DNA of 63,956 nt, the filler included, from Sphacelaria rigidula (taxonomy: Eukaryota): assembly GCA_964200075.2 (NCBI GenBank). It is 6 parts of 6 records of this genome, joined end to end, with 100 filler letters (N's around TTAATTAATTAA, not from the genome) between each part and the next. Parts side by side here need not be neighbours in the genome. Positions count along the whole stretch, not along the records: positions 32,032 to 42,606 come from CAXNAA020006255.1; positions 42,707 to 53,281 come from CAXNAA020006256.1; 4 more parts are not named here. The stretch is one strand, 5' to 3'. A program made the translations under genes and the position numbers. The notes under the pieces are model-generated. The model saw only the letters and a program-made list of their open reading frames with translations. It made no database searches and had not been told where the DNA came from. Below are positions 38,331 through 51,400 of the stretch, in pieces. The first letter of the stretch is position 1, and every line of letters begins with the position of its first letter.

Positions 38331-40602
38331 GGCTGAATACAACGAGCACCTAAACAAAAAGTGACAATCCTCTGGTGAGCCGGATTGGGAACAAACACTG
38401 TTTGCTTGTCTAGCAGTACAGTAAATCCTTCCGTGAGGCCACCAAAAGAGCCCCACGTTGTGACAGTGAAAGTGCAGACTAAAGTGGAGCAGAACCTCAA
38501 CGGGAGCAGAAAAAAGAAGTGCGGCGTACAACGTAACCAGTCTTTGTACTTGGAGTTTGTTCCTCAGCAGCCTTTCTGATACAGCGGTCAAAAAGCGATG
38601 TGAGCAAACACCGATCCGTATCATCGAACATGAAGCACGACTCGTGGAGACTCAAATTGTGTTAGATGTTGCACTGTACCCCAACAAACCAGTGACGTTA
38701 CATCCCACATTGGCACGTGTTTAACCTGCAGTCACAGTGAACAACAATGCTGCAGAGGCAGTGACAGATGATTCCGCATCGGCTTTGCCTACAATCGGCC
38801 TGAAGTCCATCCGCTCACATCCAACTCGGGATACCGGGTCCACCGTATCTCTGGATCTGGATCTTTGGATCTAACAAGTGCAGACGATGCACTTATCAAG
38901 AGTTTTGAACTCATTTCTGTTGACCTTATGTTAAAAGACCAGACCCTACCCGTCGAGGCGTGTTTTGTTTTTCAACTGTCGCCTTCTAGGTGGGAAAGCC
39001 ATCTCACTCTACTCGAAGATATGTTCAAGGCGCTCAAGCCAGCGGGTCTCACCCTGAAACCATCGACCGTATAGTTTGGACCAAAAGAGCTTTAATCACC
39101 TGAGACACAAACTTTCATCAGATGGTATCAAGATTGGAGACGGCGAAAAACGACCAAGATTAAACCGTTACACATTCAGTGCTTGTTGTAATAAACTTTG
39201 TGGGAAAATGTATGCGAAATTTTAGCGGAAATGTCTCGCCTTTGGTAGATCTTGCACCAAAAGAGGCGACAGCACTACATTCTAGGAATGTTCTGCAGTT
39301 GTACTAGCAATACATCATAACGCTCCTTTTTGTGGGGTCGACATTTCATCTGTGCGACGGATCAAGTCACATTGAGATATCTATATACGACGCAAGACAC
39401 AAGCACCATATTGACTTGGTGGGCAACTGCACTGTAGCATTACGCTTTCACAGTGCAGCACAAACCGGGGAAATTAAGGGTAATCCCTGACACTCTGTAA
39501 CGACCGTTGAAATTCGAGCAGCAACAGGAAGGTGCAGTCAAACCTTTGCTCGCACCAATTTGTCGTAACCTCCCAGAGGACCCTGCTGCACAGAGCGAGA
39601 CCACAACGACCGTTCCAAATTTCAAGGGGGTACGTGAACAATTTTGAAGAGTGCAAAGTTATAGAGAACGTTTTATCGTCAAGTCAACCGATGCCAGCGC
39701 AACAAATATGTTCATGATTGTTGACAAGCAGAAATTGCAAACCGGGCAGGCAAACGAGTATGGCCGACTCGTTCAATATGTTCTTGATGAAAATGCGCCA
39801 ATACTGGAAATAGAAACATGGGCTTCCATGTTGTGCTATTCAGTCCGAGACTGTATGTTGTTCAAGTCGCACACACCAGGACACCTCCGAAAAATAGGCA
39901 CCTATCTCGATCAATTCGCGCCAACATACCCTCCAGTGGGGTTGGATTTGCCCTCGTATCACGACCATGCGTTGTCCGGCGGTCACCTCGCACTTCAATC
40001 GACATACGAAAACATCAGACAAACGTACTGGTGGCCAAACATCAGCAAAAATGTTCATAGATGGCGCATCGACTACCAAGCTTGTCAACGCCGCAAAACG
40101 ACTCATAATTGTCTAAAGTTGCCCACAGGCCACGTACCAGTAAAGAGGCCGTTCCAGCGAGAATCGGGAGTTCTGTTCAAATACAAGATGAATTCAAATT
40201 CGTCCGCTGGAGTACCGCACGAAATATATGATATTCGTGATGGCCCATTTCACAGGGCGATGCACTGTACTGGTTCCAAACAAATCAGCCGTTATAGTAG
40301 CGAAAATGCTGGCCGACCGAGTTTTCACAGCATTCGGCACACCAGAAAAGTTGCACTCTAATCAAGACAGAGTTGGATAATTGCTTGGTAAGTCAGTTGC
40401 AAACGCTCCTCAAGTGTGAGAAAACACGCACAAAACCTTTCCGCCCTAAAGGCAACTTAGTAGTCTCGGAACGAGTACGCTCAAATTTACACGCCACGTT
40501 AGCAACGCGCAGTTCGGCCGAGCAAGACAACTGGGCAACTATGCTGTCCCTTGCGCAGATGGTGTACAATATATCATACGTACAATATACGACAGTGCAG
40601 AA

Positions 40603-41113
40603 CAGGGCTTCAAAACGTTGTGAGGTTCGGACTGTGCTTCGGCAGACCAGGGCCGGAGGCAAAATGCGGCCCCCCGCCGGAGGCCCCCCGGAGGGGCCCC
40701 GTGGAGGGGCCCCGCGGAGCGGAAAAAAATGGCCTTTTCCCTTTCAAGAGACCCTCCAAATTAGCCAAAATGTTCATGGCTAATCATGTATGATTTGGCT
40801 ACTGTTTAGATAGCATTATCACGTGACAGCCTCTACGAGAGATCCCAACTTGATTATTTTCCTTAGGCGAAAAGAAAAAGAGGCCCAAATAATGAATCTT
40901 CGCCTCCGGCGAAAAAAGAGAGATCCAAAAACATTTTTTTCGCCTGTGGCGAAAAGAGCCGCAGATATATTTTTCGCCTTCGGCAACATGGATGCGGCCC
41001 GAAATGTTTGGCTGCGGCAAGCCGCAGATGAGCCCTTCGGGAATCTGCGCTGCGCGCAGATTTCCCTAAATATCTGCGCTGCCGCAGCGCCGCAGGCACT
41101 TCTTGAAGCCCTG
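40603..41113. mobile_element. hAT-type MITE inserted in the Gypsy integrase
   Basis: TIR CAGGGCTTCAA/TTGAAGCCCTG with a perfect 8-bp TSD GTGCAGAA (40595-40602 and 41114-41121). Confidence 0.93.
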
Positions 41114-44100
41114 GTGCAGAAGACCTGGTAGTATCTCATGTTTGGTCGGCAGCTGAAGTTACCGGTTGGAATAATCCTAGGCTTTCCCAATGAGGGGCAC
41201 GCAGCAGATACCGAATGAAGAGTACACGGTATAAACGAAAAACAGCTTGCAGCTAGCTTTTGAACTCGCAAGGAGCAACTTGAAGGAAATACGGACAAGC
41301 AGAAAGCAAGAAATGACTAACTAAAGCTACACTCGATCTTCACACCTGCCCAAAAAGTATTTTTACATCGACTACATCCAGTCGCGGCCGGCCCAAATCG
41401 AAAACTAGTATCACCGTGGCGAGACCCGTACACAATCTGTTCTCAGGCATCTCCAGTGGTATACAAAGTCAAGTCAGGCGACGATGCCGAAGGAACGTTA
41501 ATACACCTCGCGCGCTTGAAACGGTATTATTCACGAGAGAAACCACCGGTCCCCGATTCCGATCGCTCTACCGATTTTTTCCTGGGACTTTTCCTGGGAA
41601 AAAGGTTGTTTCCGCCGCAGTTGGACCGTCCGGATGTCACGAACCATAGATCGAACACTTCATAGTTGACAAAGGGATGAGGCATAAACGTGGTTCAGGC
41701 AGAAATAACCACTCAACTGCAAGTACCGTCTTCGACTCAAAGGTCACGTTCTATCAGCAGGCCTAAGGTACACAGCGGAAGGGGCTCTACAATGTCGACA
41801 CCTTACACGCGCGTATAGAATCAAATACAACAACGCGCCTTGACCTGACCCGCCCTCTCAAAATACGAGAAAAATAAAGCAGGCTGGCCGTCGGCATCGC
41901 GAAAATGCAGGAGAAACGTTTTTTAAGTTACAGTCACGATAACTGGAGTATGAAGACAATATGGTCGTCACGGTTCTTGTGACGTCATCCGTGAAGAGAG
42001 ACTTGGTTCAATTATTTGAGCTCTCATCAGCAAGAAGGGATCGCGCTGAGGAGGATAACGGTGAAAGCTTTTTCGACTCACAACAAAACCTCCGAGGATA
42101 GAAGTGGCACGCACCATTGTTTCTGTCTCTGACAGCATCCTTCCCCCGTTTACCCTGTAACGTGGAAGTCACCAGTAGTTTCACTACACTGCAAGTCATC
42201 ACACGGAGCTTGCACTGACGTGTCATTCTATACGATAATCTATGCATGTTATTTATCCGATGCCAAGTCACATGACGGAACCTTGCATAAAAAAGTAAAC
42301 CCAAGGTTTTCCAGCAAACCTTTACATGAACTTGTAGAGGAATGTTGATGCAATGTACTGGTTAGTGTTTACTCAGCCCCCAGTGCAGAGGATACGAAAC
42401 GTTCAGATACAGGCCAGTATAAAAGTATCACAATAATACACACAACGTGAAATCCAGGTAGTCCCGTTTCCTCGAATTCTCGCCTCGATCCCTCGAAAAT
42501 AGACTCGATAAGATTCGAAGGGGGGGGGGTGTACTCATGATCATGCATGCCATAGTCATTAGACCGTCGACCTCGCATCCCTACAATGCCGGGAGGGAGC
42601 CCGCTANNNNNNNNNNNNNNNNNNNNNNNNNNNNNNNNNNNNNNNNNNNNTTAATTAATTAANNNNNNNNNNNNNNNNNNNNNNNNNNNNNNNNNNNNNN
42701 NNNNNNGTCAGCCGTGGCTTACCACTAGTTATCATTATTCTTATTCAAAATGCGCCGTACTCATAAATATTTGTATCAAAGGAGAAGGTCTAAGACGTCT
42801 AAGGTCGCAAGAAATCAACTGCTGCGTAAAGTATACCGTAATTGAAGCAGGGGGTGTTTCGGCCGCGTTTTTTACGTCATTAGAGCCAAGGAATAGCAGG
42901 GACGGTATTGGAAAGGCGAGCCTACGTCTGTGACCACGGGTTCGCGAGATCGGACTAATGTGCGGAAATAATAATAATAATAATAAAGAGCCACACTCCA
43001 CATTCACTCCTGCAACATGGCTTGATTCTTTTCCAATTTTGAAAAGCCGAGGTGATGGAGGATCAAATTGTCTCTTTCCGGATACTCTGGGCATTGTTGT
43101 ACGTGTCGTAGTTACCACGAATCAGAGTTTTTCCCGTCAGGTGCCTTGGAGCGTATCTTAATTGGGACATTTACCTCTAGCTTCCGACACGTTGTGCGTG
43201 AGTTTCTGTTTCAGTACCTCTCAATGTAAAACGCGGGAGAGGGTGGTGAGAAGTGCCGAAACCGACAGTATTTCCTCTATTGTTTCCCGTGTGCACGGCG
43301 TGGCATATAGTACAGATACAGTTCAGTCCTGCCGACGCTGCACGCGTGCGTTGAATCTCACGAAGGATGCAGAAGGTGAAGATTGTACGCGAGATGGAAC
43401 CAGGGACTGAATCTGGCCGAGCGTTTCGAACAAATTTTGCAGGCCGAAATGCAAGAAAAAAACGAGAAAACATTTGGTGGGCCACACTATTAACGACGGG
43501 AAGCAAGCACGAATGCGGACGTGCTAGTTCCCAGTAGAAATCATGAGCAAATCACTGGAATAGGGATGACGACCTTTCTTGTCTGCCCTACATATGCGTT
43601 CAATTGTGGAAGATACCTCTTCGCAGTGACATATCAGAGACTGATGCTACACATGTACAAAGAACCAGCGCAAGCAGGGACAAAGTAGGAACGGTCCGGA
43701 AGGTCCAGATTACCGAGGATCCTGTAATGCCGACGTGACTCGACAACTCGGGGTGATGTCAAGAAGAGCAAATATTGGGACGGTCCAACATCCCCCGAGG
43801 TCTTGGTCGCCCCTGGCGACCACTTCTAGTCTGGCCCAGCTTCTTGCCTACATATACAAGAGGAAAATCATCGCTAGCCTCGGAGTTCCTTCGGCATCAG
43901 GACGGCAGCCTCCCCCGTAGGTCTCTGACTATTTCAGCGATACGCCTTCGTCACACAATCCTCAAATCAAGATATAGTGCACATGAGACGTGAAACGCAT
44001 GAAAATATAGAGCCCCAACCTTGTCGTAGGCTTGGTTGGAAAATGCGACGGGATGTCGAGCTCGAACAACATTCGTGGAAAAGACACGAAGTCTGAATCC

Positions 44101-44977
44101 GTTATATGGTGTGAGACGTGGCCCAATTCTTGTTTTCGTTGAAAGGTAACTTTTTGGAGAGCACGGTCGAACGCATCGCGAAGAGAGCAAGCTGATGTTC
44201 CATAGCATAGCAATGCAGTTTTCAAACGTCTCAATGAAGCCGGGTTGGATTTGAGCGCGGGTTTGTCAGCAACATACACTATTAACCGCACAAATCAGTT
44301 TTAGTTCACTACACGGCGAAAACAAGACCAGATCTCCTTACCAAACTCATTCGATATTTCATATCTTTTTGCCTACCATCTGTCACCTACACCAACCACA
44401 AGATGAAAATGGAAGGGCATGGGAGGCCGCCATAGTCCCATGTACTACATACTTAGTCTACCCAGCTCGAAATTGAAGACAGAGGGGCATGAAGTTCGAC
44501 AAAATGCAACAACCTGTGATCGTGAAAATCATCCAAAAATCAGATCAACCAAAGCTGGCCTCCTCACGACACCAAAAGCCACGACACATGGGAAAGGACG
44601 GAACATACTGGCGTATACGATGGGTACAGCACAGGGGCGGGAACCACAATAGTGCCGACGAACGACCGAACGGAATAGAAGAAGCTAGGAGAGCGGACAA
44701 AAAAAATAGAGACATTATAAACAAAAGAGCAGCTTGCTCACAAGCACATACTACGGAGACGAAGTGCGACTAAGCGAACACTGAGGATAAGAGGAGAAAA
44801 AGCAAGCAAAACGCGGAACCACAATACGACGCACGACAACAGCTAGTTCTAACTCATCATCATAGTGACAGGCATGCTGTGTGCCCTCCTTCCTTCACGG
44901 CCATCGACACAAAGTTACAATCAAACGTATTCCGGTAAACCAATACTACCACCAAACCCTTGGACCACGAAAATAAC

Positions 44978-45179
44978 CAAGGGCAGGTCGAGTAGAGTAT
45001 ACTCGATTGCGGGGTATTTTGAAAGTCGTACTCAAATTAAACAAATTGGGGGTAGGTTTTTAGGGATCGCTTTCCAGTTATTTTTCGGGTACAACTTTCA
45101 ACACTCTACTCTTTTGAGTACCTCAAGTACGTCTTTCAAAATACCCCGCAATTGAGCATACTCTACTCGACCGGCGCTG
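44978..45179. mobile_element. hAT-type MITE, about 200 bp
   Basis: 40-bp inverted repeat with 2 mismatches (44986-45025 vs 45133-45172). Near-perfect 8-bp TSD AAAATAAC/AAAACAAC. Confidence 0.8.
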
Positions 45180-46216
45180 AAAACAACACAAACGCACCAC
45201 CACACCCCCCGTAGAAACCGATGCTTAGCTAAAAATTAATTTGCCACAACTGATCGTAAGGAGACAAAGGGAACGACAACTGCCGAACTTGCACAGCCTT
45301 TCAACTCCGCCCGAGCAGCTGAAACGCGATGCGGGAAACATAAGTAAAGAGATCTTAAACTCAACGCAAACGTGTTTGTTGAAATACAGTTACCACCACC
45401 GGTGGCACAGTTGACACTCACAATGGACGAACAAACCCCTCATGTAATATCTACTCTGCACCTACGATGACAACAGCTTTGACCAAAAACTTGACTCTAC
45501 GTGCTGACGGGGTGAAATAGCCAGCCCCGAGTCACCGCACGACGTGAAAAGTGAGGGTGAGCATAATGCCCGCAACGCAGTGAATAAATCAACACGTAGG
45601 TAGTAACAGGATACATGGGCAACGAACCACAAACAAGCCCCCTATGGCATGCCCCGCATGATTAATGCAGGTTCAAAAAATGCCTCTTTCGTCGAGCGGC
45701 ATATTTACTAGAAAATGCTGATTGTACACAACACGACACAATACAATAATACCTGGTTGCCGTAATCCTGCACGAGCTGAAAACAACTAGACAGCAACAA
45801 AACATCTTGCACACTACAACCCAAATCCCCAGAAACGCGAAAGCCCATTTCAGAAACTGGAAGTAGGAAAAATAAATAAACCATTGATGGTCCGATACGC
45901 CGCTTGGATTGCCCTGCAACAACAGTATACGCCATGACTATACGGAGCAAAATCAAGACATTACGCCGCCTCCAGCCTTCGGATCCTGGACCCGTCCCAG
46001 TGTTACTGCGGCGGAGAGCAGCGTTGAACGTTCACGACCAATCAGTTTGTGCATTGTATAATACACACCACACACGAAGGAACACACTACGCCCAACCAC
46101 AGCGCCACTTTCCCACAAGTGTTGGGTCACATTCGGCCTATCCAGCTCCCAGGATAAAGAGTCCAAACCCCTGCAATGCGCACTTAATCCAAGAAGTTCT
46201 TGTTCGCGCCCCCTAG

Positions 46217-49200
46217 CTAAACGTGTTCGAAAGAGGGTACCCCGCCGACTCGGCGTGTCCAAAGCAAGCGTTTCCGCCGACCCTCGACAGAAGACTGCTG
46301 CGTGTCCGCATCGGAATTATTCTGGACACATTGAGCGCCTTGCCTTGGGGTATCCACAATTCTAGTCTTATTCGACTTGAACAGCTGAATTCTCCGCATT
46401 TCTCCGTTTCGGTCGTTCTGATCTCCTGGCCGGTAAAACAGAACCCCAAACATCAAAGGTACCACGAGCCAAAACCCGCTGATTTCTCCCAAAGTACCCA
46501 CAATATCAAGGGGATCTATTGCCGAAAGACGCTGGTAGCTCTGCGAGCGGACGTCAAACTGGATCGAAGCCAACGTATCTGTCCCGTAGTCCTCCGCTAG
46601 AGACTCGGCATTTTCGGCGTTATGCCATGCTGACACCGTCGTACCGGCCACCGCATAGGTGTGAGATACTTCTTCTGCCAGGTTCACACTCTGACTGTAC
46701 GTTAAGAACCCGCGGACGAACGGAACCTCCGTGGGATCGAAGCTTATCGGTGAGTAGAGAGAGATGGGCGGTCGGCTCACGATTTCTGCGTCGGCGCCTC
46801 CTTCCACAAGATACAATTTCACGCTCTCGTGGGCGCCTCGGTTCGCCGTGGCGTTATAGAAACTGTTCCAGAACACCAGCATGTGGAAGTTCCACACCTA
46901 TTGACACAATGCACGGCCACAACATATTGGGGAAATGGGGTATACCGGCAGTGAACGCAACTGTGCTGGCACTGCGGCATAAATGTGCTCGCAAGAATAT
47001 GTCGCGAAGGGCACAACGTAGGTGACGATGCAACACGTTACAAGATATGACATGGATCGTGGTACTCTGTACGGAATGCAAGCTCGACGATTTTTCCCGC
47101 ATGGTGGGACATGTGTGGGCAGCTGCGTAGCGTGTGGATGATTCTCCTGCGCCAACCGTTGTTCCACTAGCCCCCTACGTCACAGCTGCGCGTGCTTCAC
47201 CTCTTCCCCCTCCCTCTCCTCCTTATGAGAATCCAACCGCGGATGTATGTCATGGCAGAGCGGGGCCAATTGTAGGCTACTACTACGCCTCAGCCGTGGG
47301 GCAAACTAGCCTACGGAAAATAGGTCGCGGGACCTACCACGACATATTTATTCCAGGTTGGCTACGTACAAGCGGAATAGGGAAGGATAATTAATCCAAT
47401 GGTAGATTACAGACCGCTACCAAGCCATAGTCCAGAAGGCTCCTTCTTATCTCCGGCACTATTCCGAGGACGGTTGGCATTGGTTTGGTTTACTCACATG
47501 CTCCTGAGAGTACAGGGGCTCCGGACACCGAACAATCGCTTGGCGGGCTTACGCGCACCAACTCCCAATCTTAGACAATGCCTGATACGGCCGACTACAC
47601 CGGAAAATACTTGAGATGATGTTTGATGCTCAAAAACAATAAATTTCGTGGTGTAATATCCATGCTATAAATACCAGCATGGCGGATGAAGACGATTGCA
47701 ATAGCAGGATCGATGTATACTGTGCATCCCTATATATGCGATGACAGGAGAAAATGGCTTGCCTGCGATGTCTCCTTGGCTTCCAAAATCGATAGCTTAA
47801 ACCTCGTGCAAGTGTCCGAAACCTGCTCTGGAAACATCACCACCGTAGTCGGGTAATCTTCATAGCCTGTGGGTGTTGTGTAGCCCGTGTAGTTATACCT
47901 ATCGGTGGGCAGGAATACGCATGGGAACAACATTGTGGTCATCACTCTCGAGTAGAGTTGACCACGGAGAGCCTTCGTTCCCAGTGCGCCATGTTTTCCA
48001 TTCGCGCGTTGGGGTATTAGCAGAGCACAAAGTTCCAGCGGTGCAAGTCGCCGTTGTCTGAGCTAAGCTACTATGCCACGATATTAATAGTAATATAGAC
48101 TCGAGTTTTCATAGATTACAAACTTAACCCTTTGACCGCGAGGGTAGGTCACCTGCTGGATTGGCCTTAATATTCACTTGAAAGAGTATGCATGGTCCAG
48201 ATGGACTACCCGCACCGCGGTCCAGGGGTTAATTAAACTTCCATAACATCTCGACGTTTCAACAGCTAATGGGGGTGGATAGCGCCGCCAGTACCCGACG
48301 ATATCTAGGGTATCTAGGGTATCTACTGCCGAAATTATCGAGTATTCCAGGTTGCCTGAGATACTGAGACTCCGAAACACCAAGGCTGACGTCGGTATAC
48401 CCTTTAGAGGTTGGCAGCGTTCACCACGGTATCTATTCATCACAGTAATGCACGGTGATGTTTGAACGGTAACTGGTCACCGTGATACTCATCGGTACAG
48501 GAAGCAGCCACCATGATGATGCACCGTAAGTTTTGGACGGTAACGGGCCACTCTTGTGCTCATTGGTACGGGCATCAGCCACTACGGGAGTGCACGATAG
48601 TGTCGGTTCTTTTGTGTACATCTTCGGCGTTTCGCAACCCACGGCAATAACCTATGCCCTGACAAGACAAAATCATACATGCACCTGTTGTTTGCAAAAT
48701 CCATACGCGGGTAGACCGGCGTCCAGAATAAATGGGACGACAACACACACACACGCAAGCCCAGACTACTGAACACCGGCAGCTTTTCGCAGCTACAAAA
48801 TCAAAGAGGGCTCATGAAATCCAGAGCTACGGCCAGCGGTATCAACTACTTGTTCAGTGGTCAGGAGCCGTGAAAACACCGCAAGTTGAAAACAGCGTGT
48901 ACTTCCGGGAGATAATAAAAAGGAAAAGCGGGAAAAATGCCAGAACTAGATGAACAGGCTTCCTCCCAATCATTCAGTGGGGCGGCCAACGTTTCACTAC
49001 GAGGCATTGCAATAACGAAGTATGAATGCGATGTACGCTCAGTTCACCCGTAAACGAAAACATCCCCTGTGAAGCTCTCCGCACAAGCAGCACCATTACT
49101 GTCTTCATCCCAACATCCCACTCTCGATCCGTAGGTGTCTCCCTCGAAGCAAAACCAAATGTCCGGCAGCTGGTGTAGGGTATTGCGACGGACGTTTGCG

Positions 49201-49850
49201 AGAGCAGAGACAATTCAATTCAGGAGCACAAGTGGCTTCATTCGATCTTTCCGCAAGGCGAAGAGCAACCATTCACCACGTGATGGCACTACTACAGTAC
49301 GTGTGAACGGTTCGTCTCGAAGTAGTTGTCAGACCTCAGGTGCAGGGACATCGACACACATGGGGTCATCGCTAAAGATTGACGACAAATGATCACCGTC
49401 CCGAATGAAGGGTTTCGCGGGACTGGCTGATCGCTCCATATCTAGGACCTCCAGTGTTTGGTTTGAAAATTTACGAGTTCTTGCGGTGTTCGAACCTTAA
49501 ACGCGCAGCAGGAATCAAACGATATTGAAAAACCAATTTCAACAATACATGGTCCAATGGTCCCACAACTCGCTCAAAATAAGGTGTCCACGTCAGTGCT
49601 TTTGACTCAAGCAATCCATCCAGCCACAGAGAAAAAGAGGTTAAGCCTGGCCCGGGCAGCATTGCAAGCTCACCTCAGGGTAGCGTTTTAACTTTGTGGG
49701 CTAAATACGTGAGTAGCAATACCTTCGGGAAATGTACACGTGGCGTCGGACACCCGCTATATTCTCGCCATGCCTCACCTGAAAAGGCTCTTCCACAAGC
49801 TCCAGCTCCACGGGCGGACTCGCACGTTGGTCGAACCCGCTTTTCAGTGC
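46217..49850 (-). CDS. Partial gene: candidate 2-TM trimeric ion channel (PAC/TMEM206- or DEG/ENaC-like). Exons 49850-49779, 49169-49048, 47898-47763, 46897-46217
   Basis: Four phase-compatible, stop-free exons give ALKSGFDQRASPPVELELVEEPFQ|LPDIWFCF..|..|VWNFHMLVFW..LASIQFDVRSQSYQRLSAIDPLDIVGTLGEISGFWLVVPLMFGVLFY..stop. One hydrophobic helix follows a beta-rich ectodomain with NxT sequons. The gene call is firm; the family call is inference. Confidence 0.7.
48128..48228. mobile_element. Miniature piggyBac-like element
   Basis: TTAA|CCCTTTGACCGCG...CGCGGTCCAGGGG|TTAA: TTAA target duplication and CCC-starting TIRs. Confidence 0.7.
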
Positions 49851-50221
49851 CTGAAGAGAGGAAGGGCAAGGAGGCCTTGCGTCAGGAGAGGGAGTGACCT
49901 CGTGCAAGCGACGAGTGCTTTCGCGGTACTGGTGTGGGTGTTCGTATTCAGGTAACAGTACCAAGAACAGAATTGCATACCAGTGGCAGACATAACGAAC
50001 GAAACGTCGCCAGCTTTCCAAAACATCTTGTGCTTTATGATGTCTCAATGATATGGGTGACATTCGATAGAAAACTACTCCTTTGAAGGTTCCCCGACAG
50101 TGTTGGTTTGATCAATCGTGAACGACAGTAAGTAGGTGCGAAGGTCAGATAAAGTGTTGTGCCGAGTCGTTATAGGCTCACAAACAACCATCAGACAGCG
50201 CGGTTTGCGATACGGGCCATA

Positions 50222-51400
50222 CGAGCTGGGCCGGTCTAGACGCAAAGTTGTGGTTTGCAGACCCCGTCTCACCTCAATTTTGAGAGTTGGACTTTCAAAT
50301 TTGGTACGGAAATCAATATAGAATAATAAAAGTAACTACGCCGGGGCGGAAATATATATATATATATATATATATTCGTCAGTCAGCGGCATTATCCTGA
50401 AAACTGGGTACAGGAAAATGCCGTTAGCTCAAGAAAAAAGTTTGTCCCGGTGTAAATATTGCTCCATACATTCTCCGTACCAAATTTGAAAGCCCAACTC
50501 TCAGGCTTGAGGTGAGGCGGGGAGATTGAGAAACCGTGCCGGACGAAATTCGGAACAGTATTTTCCACGCTATTTACCGGCCCAGGTTTGGTACTTGTGT
50601 TTCGAAATTTGTGTAAGATCTCGCTAGGCCATAATGAACCAAAAAAAGTGCGATAGGTTAATTAATATTTTCTTCACCCGTGTAGGGCGTTTTAGTATAG
50701 TGCAGACCATATTTTCACGAGAACGCCCGTACCTCTTCCAAGAAAGATATGAAGACCCATGATTTTTGCTTCAACATACATTTGCGCTTGTCCATTTTTT
50801 AAGTCCCAAGTCACACTTGCAAAAACTAAGCTGGAAAACTGACACAAGTTCCGAGAACACTGTCCATTTTTCCTCGGAAATCTCCCAAAAAAACGAAAAA
50901 ACGGGGAAATTTATTTATGTATATATATATATATTACGCTCTAGCGATTCTCCATACGAAGTTTCAAAGCACAACTCTCAAAAACTGAGACGCGATACCC
51001 CGATTTAGTGCATTTAGTGTCTCTGATCGTAATATATTGATTTTAGTACGGCACCTTGTGAAAACCACATATCGAGATATAGAACGAATTAGGCAAAGTT
51101 GAAGGTACCGATCGTTTCACCGTACTCCAGGGAATGTCCACACGAGAAGTCATCATCATCTGCTGTATATATCGTTCGGTGTTCCATGTAGACTTTAGTG
51201 TGGACGCTATCTGCGTACGGTATATGAAATACTAGACATGGGGTTTAACCATCGAGAAAAACATGGTCTAGACTTTTGGGCAGATGGGCACCTTTCCGTT
51301 GATCAGACGATTAATACGATATTCGGATCACGGCCCAACTACTGTGTCGATGAGATATTGTTTTGAGAGCTCAAGTCCGCGTCTAGGCCGGCCCAACTCT
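50222..51400. mobile_element. Tc1/mariner-type non-autonomous element (CGAGCTGGGCC TIR family)
   Basis: TA|CGAGCTGGGCCGGTCTAGACGC...GCGTCTAGGCCGGCCCAACTCT|TA. Internal inverted repeat at about 50265-50310 and 50475-50520. Same TIR start as 60266-60876. Confidence 0.8.

Larger units (their letters stand above)
37238..41950 (+). mobile_element. Degenerate Ty3/Gypsy LTR retrotransposon; ends approximate
   Basis: RT remnant WESHLTLLEDMFKALKPAGLTLKPS (~38990-39065), RNase H remnant, integrase Zn domain YHDHALSGGHL..YWWPNI..CQRRK (39958-40097), rve remnant ..MVYN..YLMFGRQLKLP, and GPY/F-like SPWRDPYTI..VYKV..IHLARLKRY (~41410-41530). RT-RH-INT order is Gypsy-type. Confidence 0.88.
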
